A DNA stretch of 62,464 nt, the filler included, from Dugesia japonica (lineage: Eukaryota): assembly GCA_001938525.1 (NCBI GenBank). It is 6 parts of 6 records of this genome, joined end to end, with 100 filler letters (N's around TTAATTAATTAA, not from the genome) between each part and the next. Parts side by side here need not be neighbours in the genome. Positions count along the whole stretch, not along the records: positions 24,189 to 36,635 come from MQRL01625347.1; positions 36,736 to 44,888 come from MQRL01556647.1; 4 more parts are not named here. One strand, 5' to 3'. Made by a program: the position numbers and the translations under genes. Positions 24,189 through 37,608 of this stretch are shown piece by piece. Numbering within the stretch: the first letter of the stretch is position 1; each line of letters begins with the position of its first letter. The notes below the pieces were generated by a model. That model had not been told where the DNA came from. It saw nothing but the letters and a program-made list of their open reading frames with translations, and did not search any database.

Positions 24189-26349
24189 TAATTTAAAAAT
24201 GTTGGAAATCATTTTTTGACATATTTTGCGAAAAAAAAATTTTAAAAAAAAGTTGTTACATTGATAAAAATTGACATTTTTACTGTTGTCAAAAAATTTG
24301 CACATCAGTATATTATACTTATTATCTGTATTAGGTTTATTAAGTGTACAAAATAACAAAATTACACATTTTTTATACATTGATATATTAAATACATTTA
24401 GCCTATTTGAATTATTAAATATATTAAGCTTGTTAACTATAGTAATCTTATTAAGTGTATTATTGATATTATTGGGTTTATTTGGCTTATTTAGTTCATT
24501 TTAATTATTTGGCTTATTTAATTTATCAAAATCATTAGTTTCTAATATTAATGACTTACTATATTCATTAGCTTACTGTGTCTATTGGCTTACTATGACC
24601 ATTAACTTACTGTGTAAACAATCCATTTCATGAATATTTTGAGGGATTGTATGACCGAGTTATTGAAGAGATTTATTTAAGTAAATGAGTGATTGGTGGA
24701 TAAATAAAGTAAGATTAAAGTATTTCATAATGATATTGATTAACTGGTAAATGGGTTAAGTTGAATTAAATATTGATTAAGTAAAAAGAGGTTGTATTAA
24801 TTGGTTTGAATGGTTAATTGAATAGATTTAAGCTGATTTATTGTCTAATTAGTGAATTGATGTTGTTAATAGTATTGTTTGAGAGCATGTTTTAATATTT
24901 TATCGAATGGAATAGGTAAATAAAATATGAAAATAAGTTGATAAACTTATATTTTATAATAAATTATGAATCTATTAGAGTATTAAAAGGTGATTGATTG
25001 AATAACATTGATAAGTTAGATGAATTGAATAGAATTATGTGATTGATGGGTTAATAAATCAGATTAGATGGGTGATTAAGTGCCTAGTTCGAAGTAAATT
25101 TAGTTAATTAAAAAGGTTAAGTGAGTGGAATTGTGTGTGTGTGATTGTATGAATACATAGAAGGTAATAAAATTATTATTGTTGCTGAATTCTTCCCAGT
25201 GGATGTAAATATTATGTACCAGTTTTCTTGATCATTGTAAACTCTATGTATTTTTTGTAAATTAGTAATGACTTCTATGTAATTTCTATAAATGTTCCTA
25301 TACTTTCATGTAATTTCGGAATTATTTTCCAATATTTTACATGGGATTTTAAAACTTTTTTATTGACTTCTATATAATTTTTGAAAAATTTTATTCAAAA
25401 TTTTTAAATGCATACGAAACGAACACGATATTGTTTAATTTCTTTTGATATTTTCTATTATATATTTGATGACTCAGTAACTAATACGTTGATTACTATA
25501 CATTTGTAACAAAAAAATAAAAATAAATCATGCCTAAGGAAACAAAACAAAATATTATAAAAGAAAAAACAAATTGTTGGTACAAATTATTATAACCATA
25601 AAGGGATTTCGGTGAATGATGATTGTACATATTTTTATTTTTAGAAGAAATAGAGAATAATATCGCATTAATTAATATTCTGTAGCTTTACGAAAAAAAA
25701 ATCATTTCATACAGTTTTAGCACATTATCCTGACCATTCAAACGATTATAAATGTTTATAGTTTTACAAGAAAACTAACATTTATTTATTTTTTTATATA
25801 TTGATTAAAAATGTTTACTTTTTGTATTTTATATTTATTAATTTTATATTTATTATTTATTTATATTTATTAAATAAATTTAAATATAAATTTCTGTTGG
25901 TAAAAATGTAAATACCAATTTATTTTATAACGAGAATATATTATCAATAAATAACAATATGACAGTAAATCAGAGTTGTATTTTAAATAAACGTTTTATT
26001 TGCTTATTTATCANNNNNNNNNNNNNNNNNNNNNNNNNNNNNNNNNNNNNNNNNNNNNNNNNNNNNNNNNNNNNNNNNNNNNNNNNNNNNNNNNNNAAAA
26101 AAACAGTTTAAAATATTAATTTAAAATTAAATTTTTTTTATAAAAAATTCGACAGAAAAACATGATTGAAATTAACTAAAAAAATATGAACAATGAAAAT
26201 TAATATATAAGTTAAAAAATTAATTAATTAAATAATAAATTAAAATAATAAATTAAATAATTAAAATATTAATAATGAAATAATAAAAAATTAAATAATG
26301 AATGATAAATTAAAATTAGTTAACTAAAAATTTAAAATAATATTTGTAT

Positions 26350-27330
26350 TTTAGAGTATTTACTTTTACTTACATATTTGTATATTTTGAAATTATCAAA
26401 TTTTTATTTTATTCGTCAAATATGAAACTTGGAATGTTTTTTAAAATTTTTTTATTTTCCCACTTTAAATATTTCTTTTTTTGTACTATTTCTTCAGTTA
26501 TTGTTTATTTAAATTTTATCTTCACCATAGCTATTTTCTGGAATTTTGTATTTAATTTTTTATTCTTTTAATTTCAAACTTCTTTTTGATTTGTGAGCTA
26601 ATCTCTGTTGTCACTGGTGTTTTGTTTCGTTCACATATTATTTGATTTCTTTTTTAAGTCTACCTATGATACTACTTTTGGGTTATCGTTTGGAATATTT
26701 TAAATCCTCAATTATTTCTTTATTCAAGCTTTTATTTTTTTTTATTAATAGTTCATTTATTAATATTTCATTAACTATTACTTTCTGTACGATAAATTTT
26801 ACTGGTTTTTCTTTTATTTCTATGTTATGTTAGGTTCCGACACTGATCTCATTATCTCTTTTCTGTGTTGTCCAATGTTTACCTTGAGCTAAAGGATGCC
26901 TACCAGAACCATAAGTATTTTTTGTTAAATGTCTCTAGCTTGTTCTCAGAAATGTTCCATTTACCTCATTTGGAGTGGTGTAAACTTCCCTTTGCTTTGG
27001 GTTCAACTACCTACTGGTAAGCCGTCTTGATTTGCAATGAAAAATGAAATTTTATCTATAAGACAACAACGCCGGTGATTTTGTAAAATACTTTTGTGCC
27101 AAAGGTCTTCGATTAATCTTTCCTGTGTTATTCTTACTCCTTTTCAAGCTTCAAGTCTTACCAGAGCTGCTTTACATTGGCAGATAATGTGACATTCTTG
27201 TCAACATATGTTTGCATTATCGTGATTAAAAATCTGTTTTTACTGATTCTGACGAAATTTCTGTTCTTAAAAACTTTTTTTTTCTCTATTTACACTTTAT
27301 CTTCTTTCATCTTCTTAAGTGTTTCTTTTA
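26350..27330 (-). mobile_element. Heavily decayed LTR-retrotransposon gag/pro relic
   Basis: Minus strand near 27215-27172 gives a broken zinc knuckle CK/IC*QECHIICQC in lysine-rich coding-like sequence. Confidence 0.3.
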
Positions 27331-28109
27331 ATTCCAAATTTTGCAAAAATTAATGCAACAAGAATTCCAAACAGTATGGTTAATCAATTAATTAATAATA
27401 TTTTTGTATCAAATTAAAAAGGAGAACAATTACAAAAAAGATTAAATTTAATACGGGGAGATGAAAGTGAGAAAATAATAAAATTAATGTGGAAAACAAT
27501 TGGAATCAGTGAAAAAAAACTTACAGTCATCTATAATTAAAGAAATATTCAGAAAAGATTTAAAATCATTTAATTTAATAGAAATAAAATCAAGAAAAAA
27601 TAAAGAAAAATTAATTAAGAAGTGCAAATAAAGAAAGGTCATTAGACAGAAAAATAGAAAAGTCGAATAACTTTGCTGCTGGTAACACAAAATCAACGGG
27701 ATAAAAAAACTGAATACCTCGCGTCAAAAGCAACCCAAGAATAAAATATCGCGTTCAGGAGAATCAGGAAAGGGTCAAGAATATCTAGCCAATAAGGTAC
27801 CAGAAAACAGAGTTGAAACAAAGACCAAGGAATCGTGGGGTTACCCCAAATAACCACCAATAAAAGACAAGAAAAAAGTAGAAAAACTCGAAAAATAATG
27901 GCCCAATCGGAGACAAGGAAATATATAAATCGCGCAAATTTTAGTCAAAACTACCCTGAAATTTGAAAAACACTAACTGTAATAAATTTAAACTAGTTAA
28001 TTCAACTAATCAGCAAGTTATTTCACAGGAATTCAATCGTTGCTACTCTGTTTATTTTCTCAAGTAATTGTTGTGTATTTTTAATTATGATATTTTTTAC
28101 ATACTGTTG

Positions 28110-28450
28110 AATATAAAATTGTCAAACGAGTTTTTTGTTGCTCTATCAATAACATTAAATAATCAGACATCAGTATCCCGACAAAAAATAGCTTTGATCA
28201 GCCATGTATTTATATTCCCTAAATTAGTCTAAACTAATTCACCTTGCCCTTTCTGCCCAAACCGTAAATCACATATCTACATAAGTAATAGTATTACTCG
28301 ATCAATCCACAAAGAAAATATTTCTTCTATCACTCAATTGACAAACCATTAATGAATTACCCCAACTTCCTTTGTATCGGCCGTAAAAAACATTGATAGA
28401 GTCACCTGTGCAAATTACCGCAACTATAGAGATTATTTGTAACATATAGT
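28110..28450 (-). mobile_element. Possible non-LTR (LINE) RT relic
   Basis: Collinear degenerate motifs on the minus strand: RPI, YGFGQKG, DRATKNSFD (cf. YRPI, QxGFR, DxxKAFD). Confidence 0.25.
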
Positions 28451-29151
28451 TGTATAAATCTTTCTTTCCGACACAACTGATTAAATAACCACCAAAATTA
28501 ACAAGGATCGTTCATTATTGCTGACACATATTAAACACTAGTTGATTCCTAATAAATAACGAATAGCATGTTAATGGAAACTCAATTGCAAAAGATTCTA
28601 TTTCTCATAAATGCATTCCTCGTCTGGGCAGTAAAGTCAATATTCTATCTTTACACAGTCGTAGTCATTACTGTCAATCCTGCTATTAATTTCCTTACTC
28701 TAACAATGATTATCATTAAATTCCGAATTGAGTAATTCTGCAAACGTGGTATTGAAATCATAATTAGTTAGGTTATCATTGCTAGAACCATGATTACCAT
28801 TGTTACCACTATTTACCCACCAATATTGTTAATTTATGATTCGTCTTCATGACTATTATTGTGATTATAATGTTAGCAACATTAATTGCTATCAGAATTT
28901 AATGGTAGTTATTATCCTCCCTTTCATTAATCTTATTATTGGTATCTATCATTAAGGTATTAATATTATTCGCATTATTGTTGCGAATATTACGGGTGTT
29001 AATACTATAGTGATTATAGCCAATTGTCGCTATTATTGAAATTATTTGTGGCGTCGAATCTAAAATTAGCATGACTATGATTTTTATTGTTATATTTACT
29101 GCCAGTTTTTTTAAGTTTCCATTATCAACATTGCACATTCTATTATTACTG

Positions 29152-29193
<42 letters not shown>

Positions 29194-29669
29194 NNNNNNN
29201 NNNNNNNNNNNNNNNNNNNNNNNNNNNNNNNNNNNNNNNNNNNNNNNNNNNNNNNNNNNNNNNNNNNNNNNNNNNNNNNNNNNNNNNNNNNNNNNNNNNN
29301 NNNNNNNNNNNNNNNNNNNNNNNNNNNNNNNNNNNNNNNNNNNNNNNNNNNNNNNNNNNNNNNNNNNNNNNNNNNNNNNNNNNNNNNNNNNNNNNNNNNN
29401 NNNNNNNNNNNNNNNNNNNNNNNNNNNNNNNNNNNNNNNNNNNNNNNNNNNNNNNNNNNNNNNNNNNNNNNNNNNNNNNNNNNNNNNNNNNNNNNNNNNN
29501 NNNNNNNNNNNNNNNNNNNNNNNNNNNNNNNNNNNNNNNNNNNNNNNNNNNNNNNNNNNNNNNNNNNNNNNNNNNNNNNNNNNNNNNNNNNNNNNNNNNN
29601 NNNNNNNNNNNNNNNNNNNNNNNNNNNNNNNNNNNNNNNNNNNNNNNNNNNNNNNNNNNNNNNNNNNNN

Positions 29670-29732
<63 letters not shown>

Positions 29733-29957
29733 GATTATTATAATCATTATTATTTCTGTTATCATTTATGTTGCCTTAATAACCTTATATTAATTGTTAT
29801 TATTATTAATTTCATACTGTCATTGCTCAAATTATCAATATTGCTGCTATCTGTATAATGGCCAGTTATTCATATGGTCCTCGTTATGTTTAGTTGTTTG
29901 GTCATTATAACTACAATTATCATCCCTACCATTATAAAAATTATTACTGGACCATCT

Positions 29958-31445
29958 GGTTCTAGGACAACCATCCCCCGGACAATTTACCCCTGGACAC
30001 TTTTCNATTCCAAATTTCAAATTTTTTACACCTCAACAAATCATCACGTAATCGGTTTCAACTATAACAAGAGATGCTGCATCAAGTTACCAACTCTTCA
30101 CCATCTACGACGTGATCTACGATGCATCCGGCAACGAGCAAATAATCCAATTCCATTATTTGCTGAAGACTTTATCTTACCAGATGAATACAAAATAACA
30201 AGCGCGGTTAGGATTTTCTTTTGTTTGATTCCGGTCCAATAGCAACCAGAATATTAATTTTTGGAACACAAAACAATATGGATCTTTTTCAACGTTTTCC
30301 ACACTGGTTCCTTGACAGCACCTTCAATTTTCTTCCAACTGTATACAATACATGCACTCGTCAGCGAGCGCACAATTTCATGTGTGTTTGCTCTTCTACC
30401 AAACAAAACTGGAGTTACATACAGAGAATTAATTCAACAGTTAATGACAATTAATGGCAACTTAAATCCAATATCAATAATAGTTGATTTCGAGCAGGCT
30501 ATGATCTCAAGTATACAACAAGTTCTACCAAACACTGTAGTCAATGGATGCTTCTTCCACTTCAGTCAAAATGTCTGTAAAAAGATCTAGGAACACGGCC
30601 TACAACAATGATATCAAGAAGATGGCGACTTTTCACTGAAAATGAAGATGATTGCAGCCCTAGCGTTCGTTTCTCCACCAGATGTGGTGGCTGTATTTGA
30701 ACAGTTGTCTAATGAACTTCCGGCTGAAACACAACCTGTCGTCGATTATTTTGAAGACACCTACATTGGCAGACCACAGCGACAAGAACTTCACCCACCT
30801 ATCTTTGAAAGTGATCTTTGGAACATGTACCAATGATCACAAGATTAACTTCCGAGAACAAACAACTCTGTTGAAGGATAGCACAGAAGTTTCCAGTCAA
30901 ATGTTAGTTGTGATCATCCTAATTTTTGGAGTTTCCTCGACTGCATCAAACGTGAACAAGTCCTGCAGCAAGTACACTTGACACAAGCTATTGCTAGCCA
31001 CGCACTTCAACCTGGAAGAAAGACTTATTCAGATCTATAGGCTTAAATCCTCACTATTGTACAAGACGTTGGAAATCGTAACAAATTGGATTATTTACGT
31101 GGCATTGCTCATAATTTAGGATTTTAAATATATTTTTCATGCTTTCTTTTCTTTTATAAAAAATATAATAATTTAATACTGAAAAAAAACAAACAACTTT
31201 TTCAGAAAATTTTTATTTTTCAATTTTTAGAAAGTTCTATTTTATTGTATAATATTTAAAAAGAAAAAAATATTTCACTTTCCTCAAAATTTTAATTATT
31301 TCGTACGGGGAAATTGAGCAAGACTCATTTAGCTTATTAAAATTTGCTTAAAAATTTTTTTTCGGTTTTAATCTCCTAAAACATTATTTTCTCCTGGGGA
31401 AATTGTTTAAAGGGAAATTGTCAAGGGGGATCTTGTCCTGATACC
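29958..31445 (+). mobile_element. Mutator-like (MULE) DNA transposon with pseudogenised transposase
   Basis: Fragments WFLDSTF, FFQLYTIH, CVFALLPNKT, IVDFEQAM, GCFFHFSQ, ALAFV, VDYFEDTYIG, PRTNNSVEG*H, HPNFWSF. Termini carry repetitive inverted motifs (GGACAACCATCCCCCGGACAATT / AATTGTCAAGGGGGATCTTGTCC). Confidence 0.9.
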
Positions 31446-32551
31446 GTCAACATCTTGACTCAATATATTTCGGACTTGACCGCTAGACATAGTCTGGATG
31501 CCCTCAATTCTTAACACAGTGAAGATGATGAGGCCGCGTTCAACTTTATGGACGATGTGCCTATTCCAATGGGACTATCCTTAGAGTTTTCTTTGTTGTT
31601 GTATGAATAAACTTTCTTGATGTGTTCTAAACATTATCTTAGTTATTGATTTTAAGGGGGATGTTGAATCCAATCTAAATGGATGCATGCATGTACTCTA
31701 ACTACAGGTGGAGAGTCAACTGCTCCATTCCGAAAACCTAATTTAGGGACATTAGGTAAATTCTTCGCGGGGTTCTACTGAGGACAGATTCCCCGGTCAC
31801 AACAACTTTTAACACCCAACTCAGATGGGACCCCAACAAAACCAAATACAAATAGCTATGATAGGTATTCTTTGCAGAGTCAGCACTCAATCCTAAGCAA
31901 ATTAATTCACGAGACTAATGCCACCATACAAAATAACATTTGATTTTACTATTTAAAGGTCTCTTATTTATTTATATAAAATCAAATTAAACCTTTGAAG
32001 GTTTTGTACTTAACAACAATTTATTTACTAAAATTAATCATTTGCAGGAGGTTCCAGCAATCCTATAAAATTCATTTGAGATTCTTGTTCACACTTTAAG
32101 ACAAGTGGTTACTCCCATAAATCGAGCTTTGCTGCGACTTTATCTTCGATTTTAACTTTTCTATCTCGTTAGAAAAGTCATTCCTGTTTCTTCTTCAATA
32201 TACTTTTATCTTAGAATTTTTGTGCTAATACTAACAATCACTTCTCGTGCTTCTAAATGATTTTTTGTACGGATATCCAGTGTATCAAATACTTGCCTTT
32301 CTCGTCGATGAGGCCAGATGTAATTATCTTCCAGATATAATATAATATGTAATATGTAATAATATGTTATAATATGTAATCGTTTCCTTGTTTTTGATGT
32401 GAGTTGTAAAACCTTTTTTATTTATTGTTAAGTCACGCCAGAGTAAGCGAAAAACAAAATTCTATTTTAGCTATTATCAAATCAATTAAATTCACTGTCT
32501 ATGCCTGAAAGAGTTTTAAACTAGATTATTTATTACATTACATGAGATAAG

Positions 32552-33720
32552 TACGAGGGTGAGTGAAAAAATAACAGGAATACTTTAGCCATTCTTTGAG
32601 TAGCAATCTAATTATAAAAGCTTGCAATGTTTCTAAATTTTAATATACTAACATTTTGTTTAAAACGTTTTGTGTTAATTCTCGTAATATTTGTGTTGCA
32701 ATCTAATTTTTTACAAAGCCAACTTTTTTAGATTATAGAAAATTTGTATGTTGAAATTCGTGCAAACATCGAATTCTGGATTAAACTTGAATGAAGTAAC
32801 GTACAGATTATTGATACGTTGCAAAACGTGTATATGCATGATTCTCGAATTTTGAGTTGCATTTATGAATGTATTAAGCTCCAAGAGGAGCTCAACAATA
32901 ACCAGCACTTGGGATGCACGTCAAAATAAATTAATGTTAAAATGATATCCAAAGTTCAGTTATTGTTGGACCAGGATCGNNNNNNNNNNNNNNNTGAAAT
33001 ATATATGGATATGGAGATTTCTCATGGATCAGTTCATGTCATATTGTATGATCATTTCGGACTACCAAAAGCGTTGTGAGTCAAACACGTTGCCAGGAAC
33101 ACATGGTACAAAGGGCTAAAACAGCTATGTCATTTTTTAAAAGAATTTAAATGGATGCAGAAAATCATTTTCGTATAATCATAACCGGAGATGAGACATG
33201 GATCTATCAAGATGAATCTGAATCAAAATTACAATTAAAACAGTGGTTACCAAAGGGAAATGCAGTACCCGTTAAATTCAAATCCAACATGTCTGTCAAG
33301 AAGGTTATGGCCACGGTTTTATGCGATGCTGAAGGAGTTATCCTCGTTGACTTTTTCAAAGAAAAAACATCAACTTATTATGTAACAGTTTTGCGAAATT
33401 TGAAGACTAAAATGTGGAAAAAACGCCCTGGAAAACTCAATCAGTGAATTATTTTCATCACAACAATGCGCCAGCCCATGCCTCACGTGAATCACGAGAT
33501 GCCTTAATGAAATTTGGATAGGAAAGTTTATTTCATTCACACTATACTTCTGATTTGGCTTCATGTGATTATTTTTATTCCCAAATCTGGAGTAGGACAT
33601 CAAAGGAATAAGATCGAAATCTATAAATTTTGCCACCAAAGTAGTTCTGGATTGGTTCAAATTGAAGTATCCGGCTTTTTCAAGTGATTTTAACGATATG
33701 ATGACTAATACCAAAATGAT
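32552..33720 (+). mobile_element. mariner transposon, dead
   Basis: TA+CGAGGG start; IITGDETWIY, KVMATV, KRPGK, and YTSDLASCDYFLFP (YSPDLAPxD) in shifted frames. Confidence 0.9.
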
Positions 33721-33764
33721 ATCAACAAAAAAATCTTGTATAAATGGAAAGACGAGAGGATTAC

Positions 33765-33852
33765 ATCTCCCGAGTCTGGGATAACGCCAAGACGGGAGAT
33801 AAAGTCCAGTTCTGGGAGACTCCCAGCAAAAACGGGAGAGTTGGCAAGCCTA
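33765..33852. mobile_element. hAT (Blackjack-like) MITE end
   Basis: Repeated CGGGAGA/TCTCCCG subterminal motifs ending in GTTGGCAAGCCTA. Confidence 0.45.
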
Positions 33853-34748
33853 TAAAAAACCTCATTAAATTTTTATGACAAAATATTTTTTCTTTAAATA
33901 TAATGCAAAATCTAATCATTAATTCATAGATTTTATTAAACTAAAATCATTTAGTATTTATTTTTTTATATTGTATTCCGGAATCCGGATACAGTCAGTT
34001 TACTGTTACGTTGAGAACACCAATCGTACTCCATTCAAATTTTACATCTTACTTATGAAAATTAGAGTAGCAGTTCATACATCTTCAACACAGCAAGTCA
34101 TAATCAGGCGTTGGTATATGTCGCTAGACAAAATGTGTTTCACAATTTTGTGTGTGTATTCGATTTAAACAATTAGAAAAAAGTACAACAGAAGATTCAA
34201 CATTAAATTAAGAACAAAGTGTTTATCATTATGGAGTGATTTAAACGAAATTCATATCATATACTGGTTAGATAGAGGTTCATCCGAGTGTGAGTACTCA
34301 GATGGTTTATTTGAAAAGTCAAAGAAATCGTACGCAAACTAAGATAAAGTTGTTTTAGAAAAATTTGTTAACTTCAAATATAATATAATAAATTTTTTAT
34401 AACGAAGTTGACGATAAAAACATTAAAGAAAGAACAAAAAAATGTTCTATTGGCACAGAATCCACAAATTACCAGAAAGATGTGGGGAATGTGTTGCTTT
34501 TTTTATTTTAAGTGATTTCACTCTATCTATATTCAAGTGTGTAAATTTTTGCTCCTGACNNNNNNNNNNNNNNNNNNNNNNNNNNNNNNNNNNNNNNNNN
34601 NNNNNNNNNNNNNNNNNNNNNNNNNNNNNNNNNNNNNNNNNNNNNNNNNNNNNNNNNNNNNNNNNNNNNNNNNNNNNNNNNNNNNNNNNNNNNNNNNNNN
34701 NNNNNNNNNNNNNNNNNNNNNNNNNNNNNNNNNNNNNNNNNNNNNNNN

Positions 34749-35342
34749 AAAATTTGATCTAAGCCCTAGTTTTCCTCCTTATTTATAAAGTTTCTTAGGT
34801 CTGGATTTTCAATTGGTTGGTTTTTCTTGATCTCACGATTAATTATAGTAAACTTTATGATTTCCCAGCTAAGAATATAATTCTGCAATAATTTCTTTAA
34901 TTTGAATTTTCTGATTTTCATTTCTCNNNNNNNNNNNNNNNNNNNNNNNNNNNNNNNNNNNNNNNNNNNNNNNNNNATCTCAAGTAAATGACGGATGTCT
35001 GTTGGAACTCTCGGTTAAAACTTCTCAAGTAAATTTTTAAGTAATATATTGTCAATATTTTCCATTTTAGCAGAATTTATAAATCGAACAATATTTATCT
35101 TGAACTAAATAAAAACCCTTCTAAAGAAAACATTAGTAGAAAATTTNNNNNNNNNNNNNNNNNNAAAATTTGATCTAAGCCCTAGTTTTCCTCCTTATTT
35201 ATAAAGTTTCTTAGGTCTGGATTTTCAATTGGTTGGTTTTTCTTGATCTCACGATTAATTATAGTAAACTTTATGATTTCCCAGCTAAGAATATAATTCT
35301 GCAATAATTTCTTTAATTTGAATTTTCTGATTTTCATTTCTC
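34749..35342. other. Exact 178-bp duplicate beside gaps (34749-34926 = 35165-35342), probable assembly artefact
   Basis: Identical sequence, each copy starting immediately after an N run. Confidence 0.75.
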
Positions 35343-35847
35343 TATTAGATTTTATTAAAAATTTTGTTTTTTCCTTTTATTTTTTTTAAAATTTTATAAT
35401 TGTTATTAGTATTACAATAATTGTAATTGTAAATTTCATTTCTGTTTGATGAGTTTGAAGTACTCATTAAAGAATTAAATTCATAAATTGATTCCATTAA
35501 AGATTTATTTCCAATACAAAATAAATGACTATCATATTTTGTTTATTCTAACAAATTAAAAACTCTATCTTTAGTTGGAAATCTCAATCTTTTTAATTTA
35601 TTGAAATTTAAAAACCACACTCAGTTTATTATCCAAGTATTTTAATTTATTAGTCATTTAAAAAAGTCTACAATAAATTATCTATATAAATAATTTAAAC
35701 TGATTCTTAATTTTTGCCTAAAAATTTAATATTCTTTATTTAAATTTTTAACAATTTAATTTCTTATCAATTTCAAATTTTTTAATTGTAAAAAAAGAAT
35801 TTAAGAAACTTTTTTTCAACCAAAACACAAAAAATTCCATCCGCTTT

Positions 35848-35948
35848 AGGACCATCCATTAAGGACGTCCGTTTATGTCCATTTCCAGGATTCACCTATT
35901 GTCCACATGAGTCCCCTTCCGAGAGGACGTCCTTAATGGATGGTACCT
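35848..35948. mobile_element. ~100-bp MITE with perfect 20-bp inverted repeats
   Basis: ACCATCCATTAAGGACGTCC (35851-35870) / GGACGTCCTTAATGGATGGT (35925-35944). Confidence 0.8.
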
Positions 35949-36635
35949 TTTCGAAATATACTCACAATTTCCAGTTTATTTTTATATTATGGTTTGGATT
36001 GATTAAAAACAATTTCTATGTTAAAATTTTTTAATTAAATGAAAATGTAAATAATTATTTTAAATTAATTTTTATTTTCATTATAAATTTTATTACCATT
36101 ATTATAAAAAGCAACTTTTACATCAACGTAATAATTAAAATATATAAGGTCAATTTTATATCATAAGTAAATAATTGTTAATTTCTTCATTATACAAATC
36201 AATCAATGTTTTATGACAATTATCTTCGACACAATTTATTGCAATAACCATTTAAATTTGAAAAATGTAAAAAGTTAAAATTTATTTACAAATAATCATT
36301 GCTAATTTACCAAAATTCAAGTGGAAACTGAATTTATTACTAAATTTAAAAACATTCACTTTAATTATTATATTTTTAAATAAATCCACAACTAACATTT
36401 AATTAAATAATTAATACGACCAATTATCTAATTAACTAGTAATAGTTAAAAAGTAATCGATGTTTATGCTCGTTTGTTTATCCACGATCTAGCTCGATCT
36501 CTGATTATTTCATGGATGTTTGGTCGGCATAAAGTAGCGTACAGATATGAGTTGTTTTGACTTTTTTCAAACATTAAAAATATGCATAATCATGATATTC
36601 AAACAAATTAATTCATATCAAAATTTCATAGAAAA

Positions 36636-36735
36636 NNNNNNNNNNNNNNNNNNNNNNNNNNNNNNNNNNNNNNNNNNNNTTAATTAATTAANNNNNNNNN
36701 NNNNNNNNNNNNNNNNNNNNNNNNNNNNNNNNNNN
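36636..36735. other. Artificial contig spacer
   Basis: 44 N + TTAATTAATTAA (36680-36691) + 44 N. Confidence 0.97.
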
Positions 36736-37087
36736 TAACTTCATTTGGTGTGTGGTTTTGATTTTTATTTGTCAAACCTTTAGTAACCAAAAAATCTATT
36801 GACACATCCCTAATTTTAACACATTCATTTATTAGAATGACTTCACATAGCTTTGGAATGATCTGTAGTTTTAACTTTAATGAATGAACCTATGGCATTC
36901 ATCTAGGGTAATTAACTTAATTAAATTTCAGAAAAAGTTTGAAACAATGTCTAATAAGAATTCGGAAGCTGTATTTATGTGTAAATTAACAAAAACCAGA
37001 TCCAAAGTAATATTGTATGTTTCTTTTGGCTAAAAATTAATAAAATTAATTTAATTTCTTCAACAGTCGAAAAATGAATAGTTAAAC

Positions 37088-37608
37088 CAGGCCTGACCAA
37101 CCTGAATGACTTTATGGGCCATATTTTTTATTTTGTAACATTATAACGGGCCGCGCTTTAAATAAAAATGTTTTTTTTTAATTTAATAAGTTATAATTAT
37201 CCAAAATCAAAAATAATTTTTATTATTTTTAAAAGAAAAAATTATATTAATAAATAGTTTTAAATTGATTTACATTTGAAAAAATATATTAACATGAAAA
37301 ATTCTTATAATTTCTTGCAAGAAAATAAGATACCTCAGTGAGCATGACAGTATTCCAAAAAAATCTGATAAATCAAAATTAATACAATCATGCTGCAGAA
37401 CATAGTTAAAATGAATTAAGAAAATACATGATGCTTTCCTACTAATTGCGCTCAGAATCAGCTCGCAATAAGACATTGCATTAAAATCATATATTAAAAT
37501 TTGTGCATTATATCAAAGAAATACGTCAATTTTCCTTTATTAACATGTTTTTACAAAAAAATTAGTTTCAGAAAACCATTACGGTGGGTCGCGTGTTGGT
37601 CCGGCCTG
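37088..37608. mobile_element. Non-autonomous hAT (Buster/Charlie-type) element, 521 bp
   Basis: TIRs CAGGCCTGACCAAC / GTTGGTCCGGCCTG; perfect 8-bp TSD AGTTAAAC (37080-37087 and 37609-37616) with central TA. Confidence 0.9.

Noticed and set aside
24190-25200. Hydrophobic membrane-protein ORF 24271-24504
   Set aside because: Low-complexity T-rich degenerate repeat with no domain motifs or splice support; same for 26344-26571 and 26642-26833.
28899-29793. Long poly-I/L/Y/N ORFs here and at 8363-8699, 9047-9409, 10655-10962, 34537-34788, 52967-53315
   Set aside because: Artefacts of (ATT)n microsatellites and N gaps.
34749-35342. Direct repeats suggesting LTRs or a biological tandem duplication
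   Set aside because: The copies are identical and abut N gaps, typical of unmerged contig overlap.
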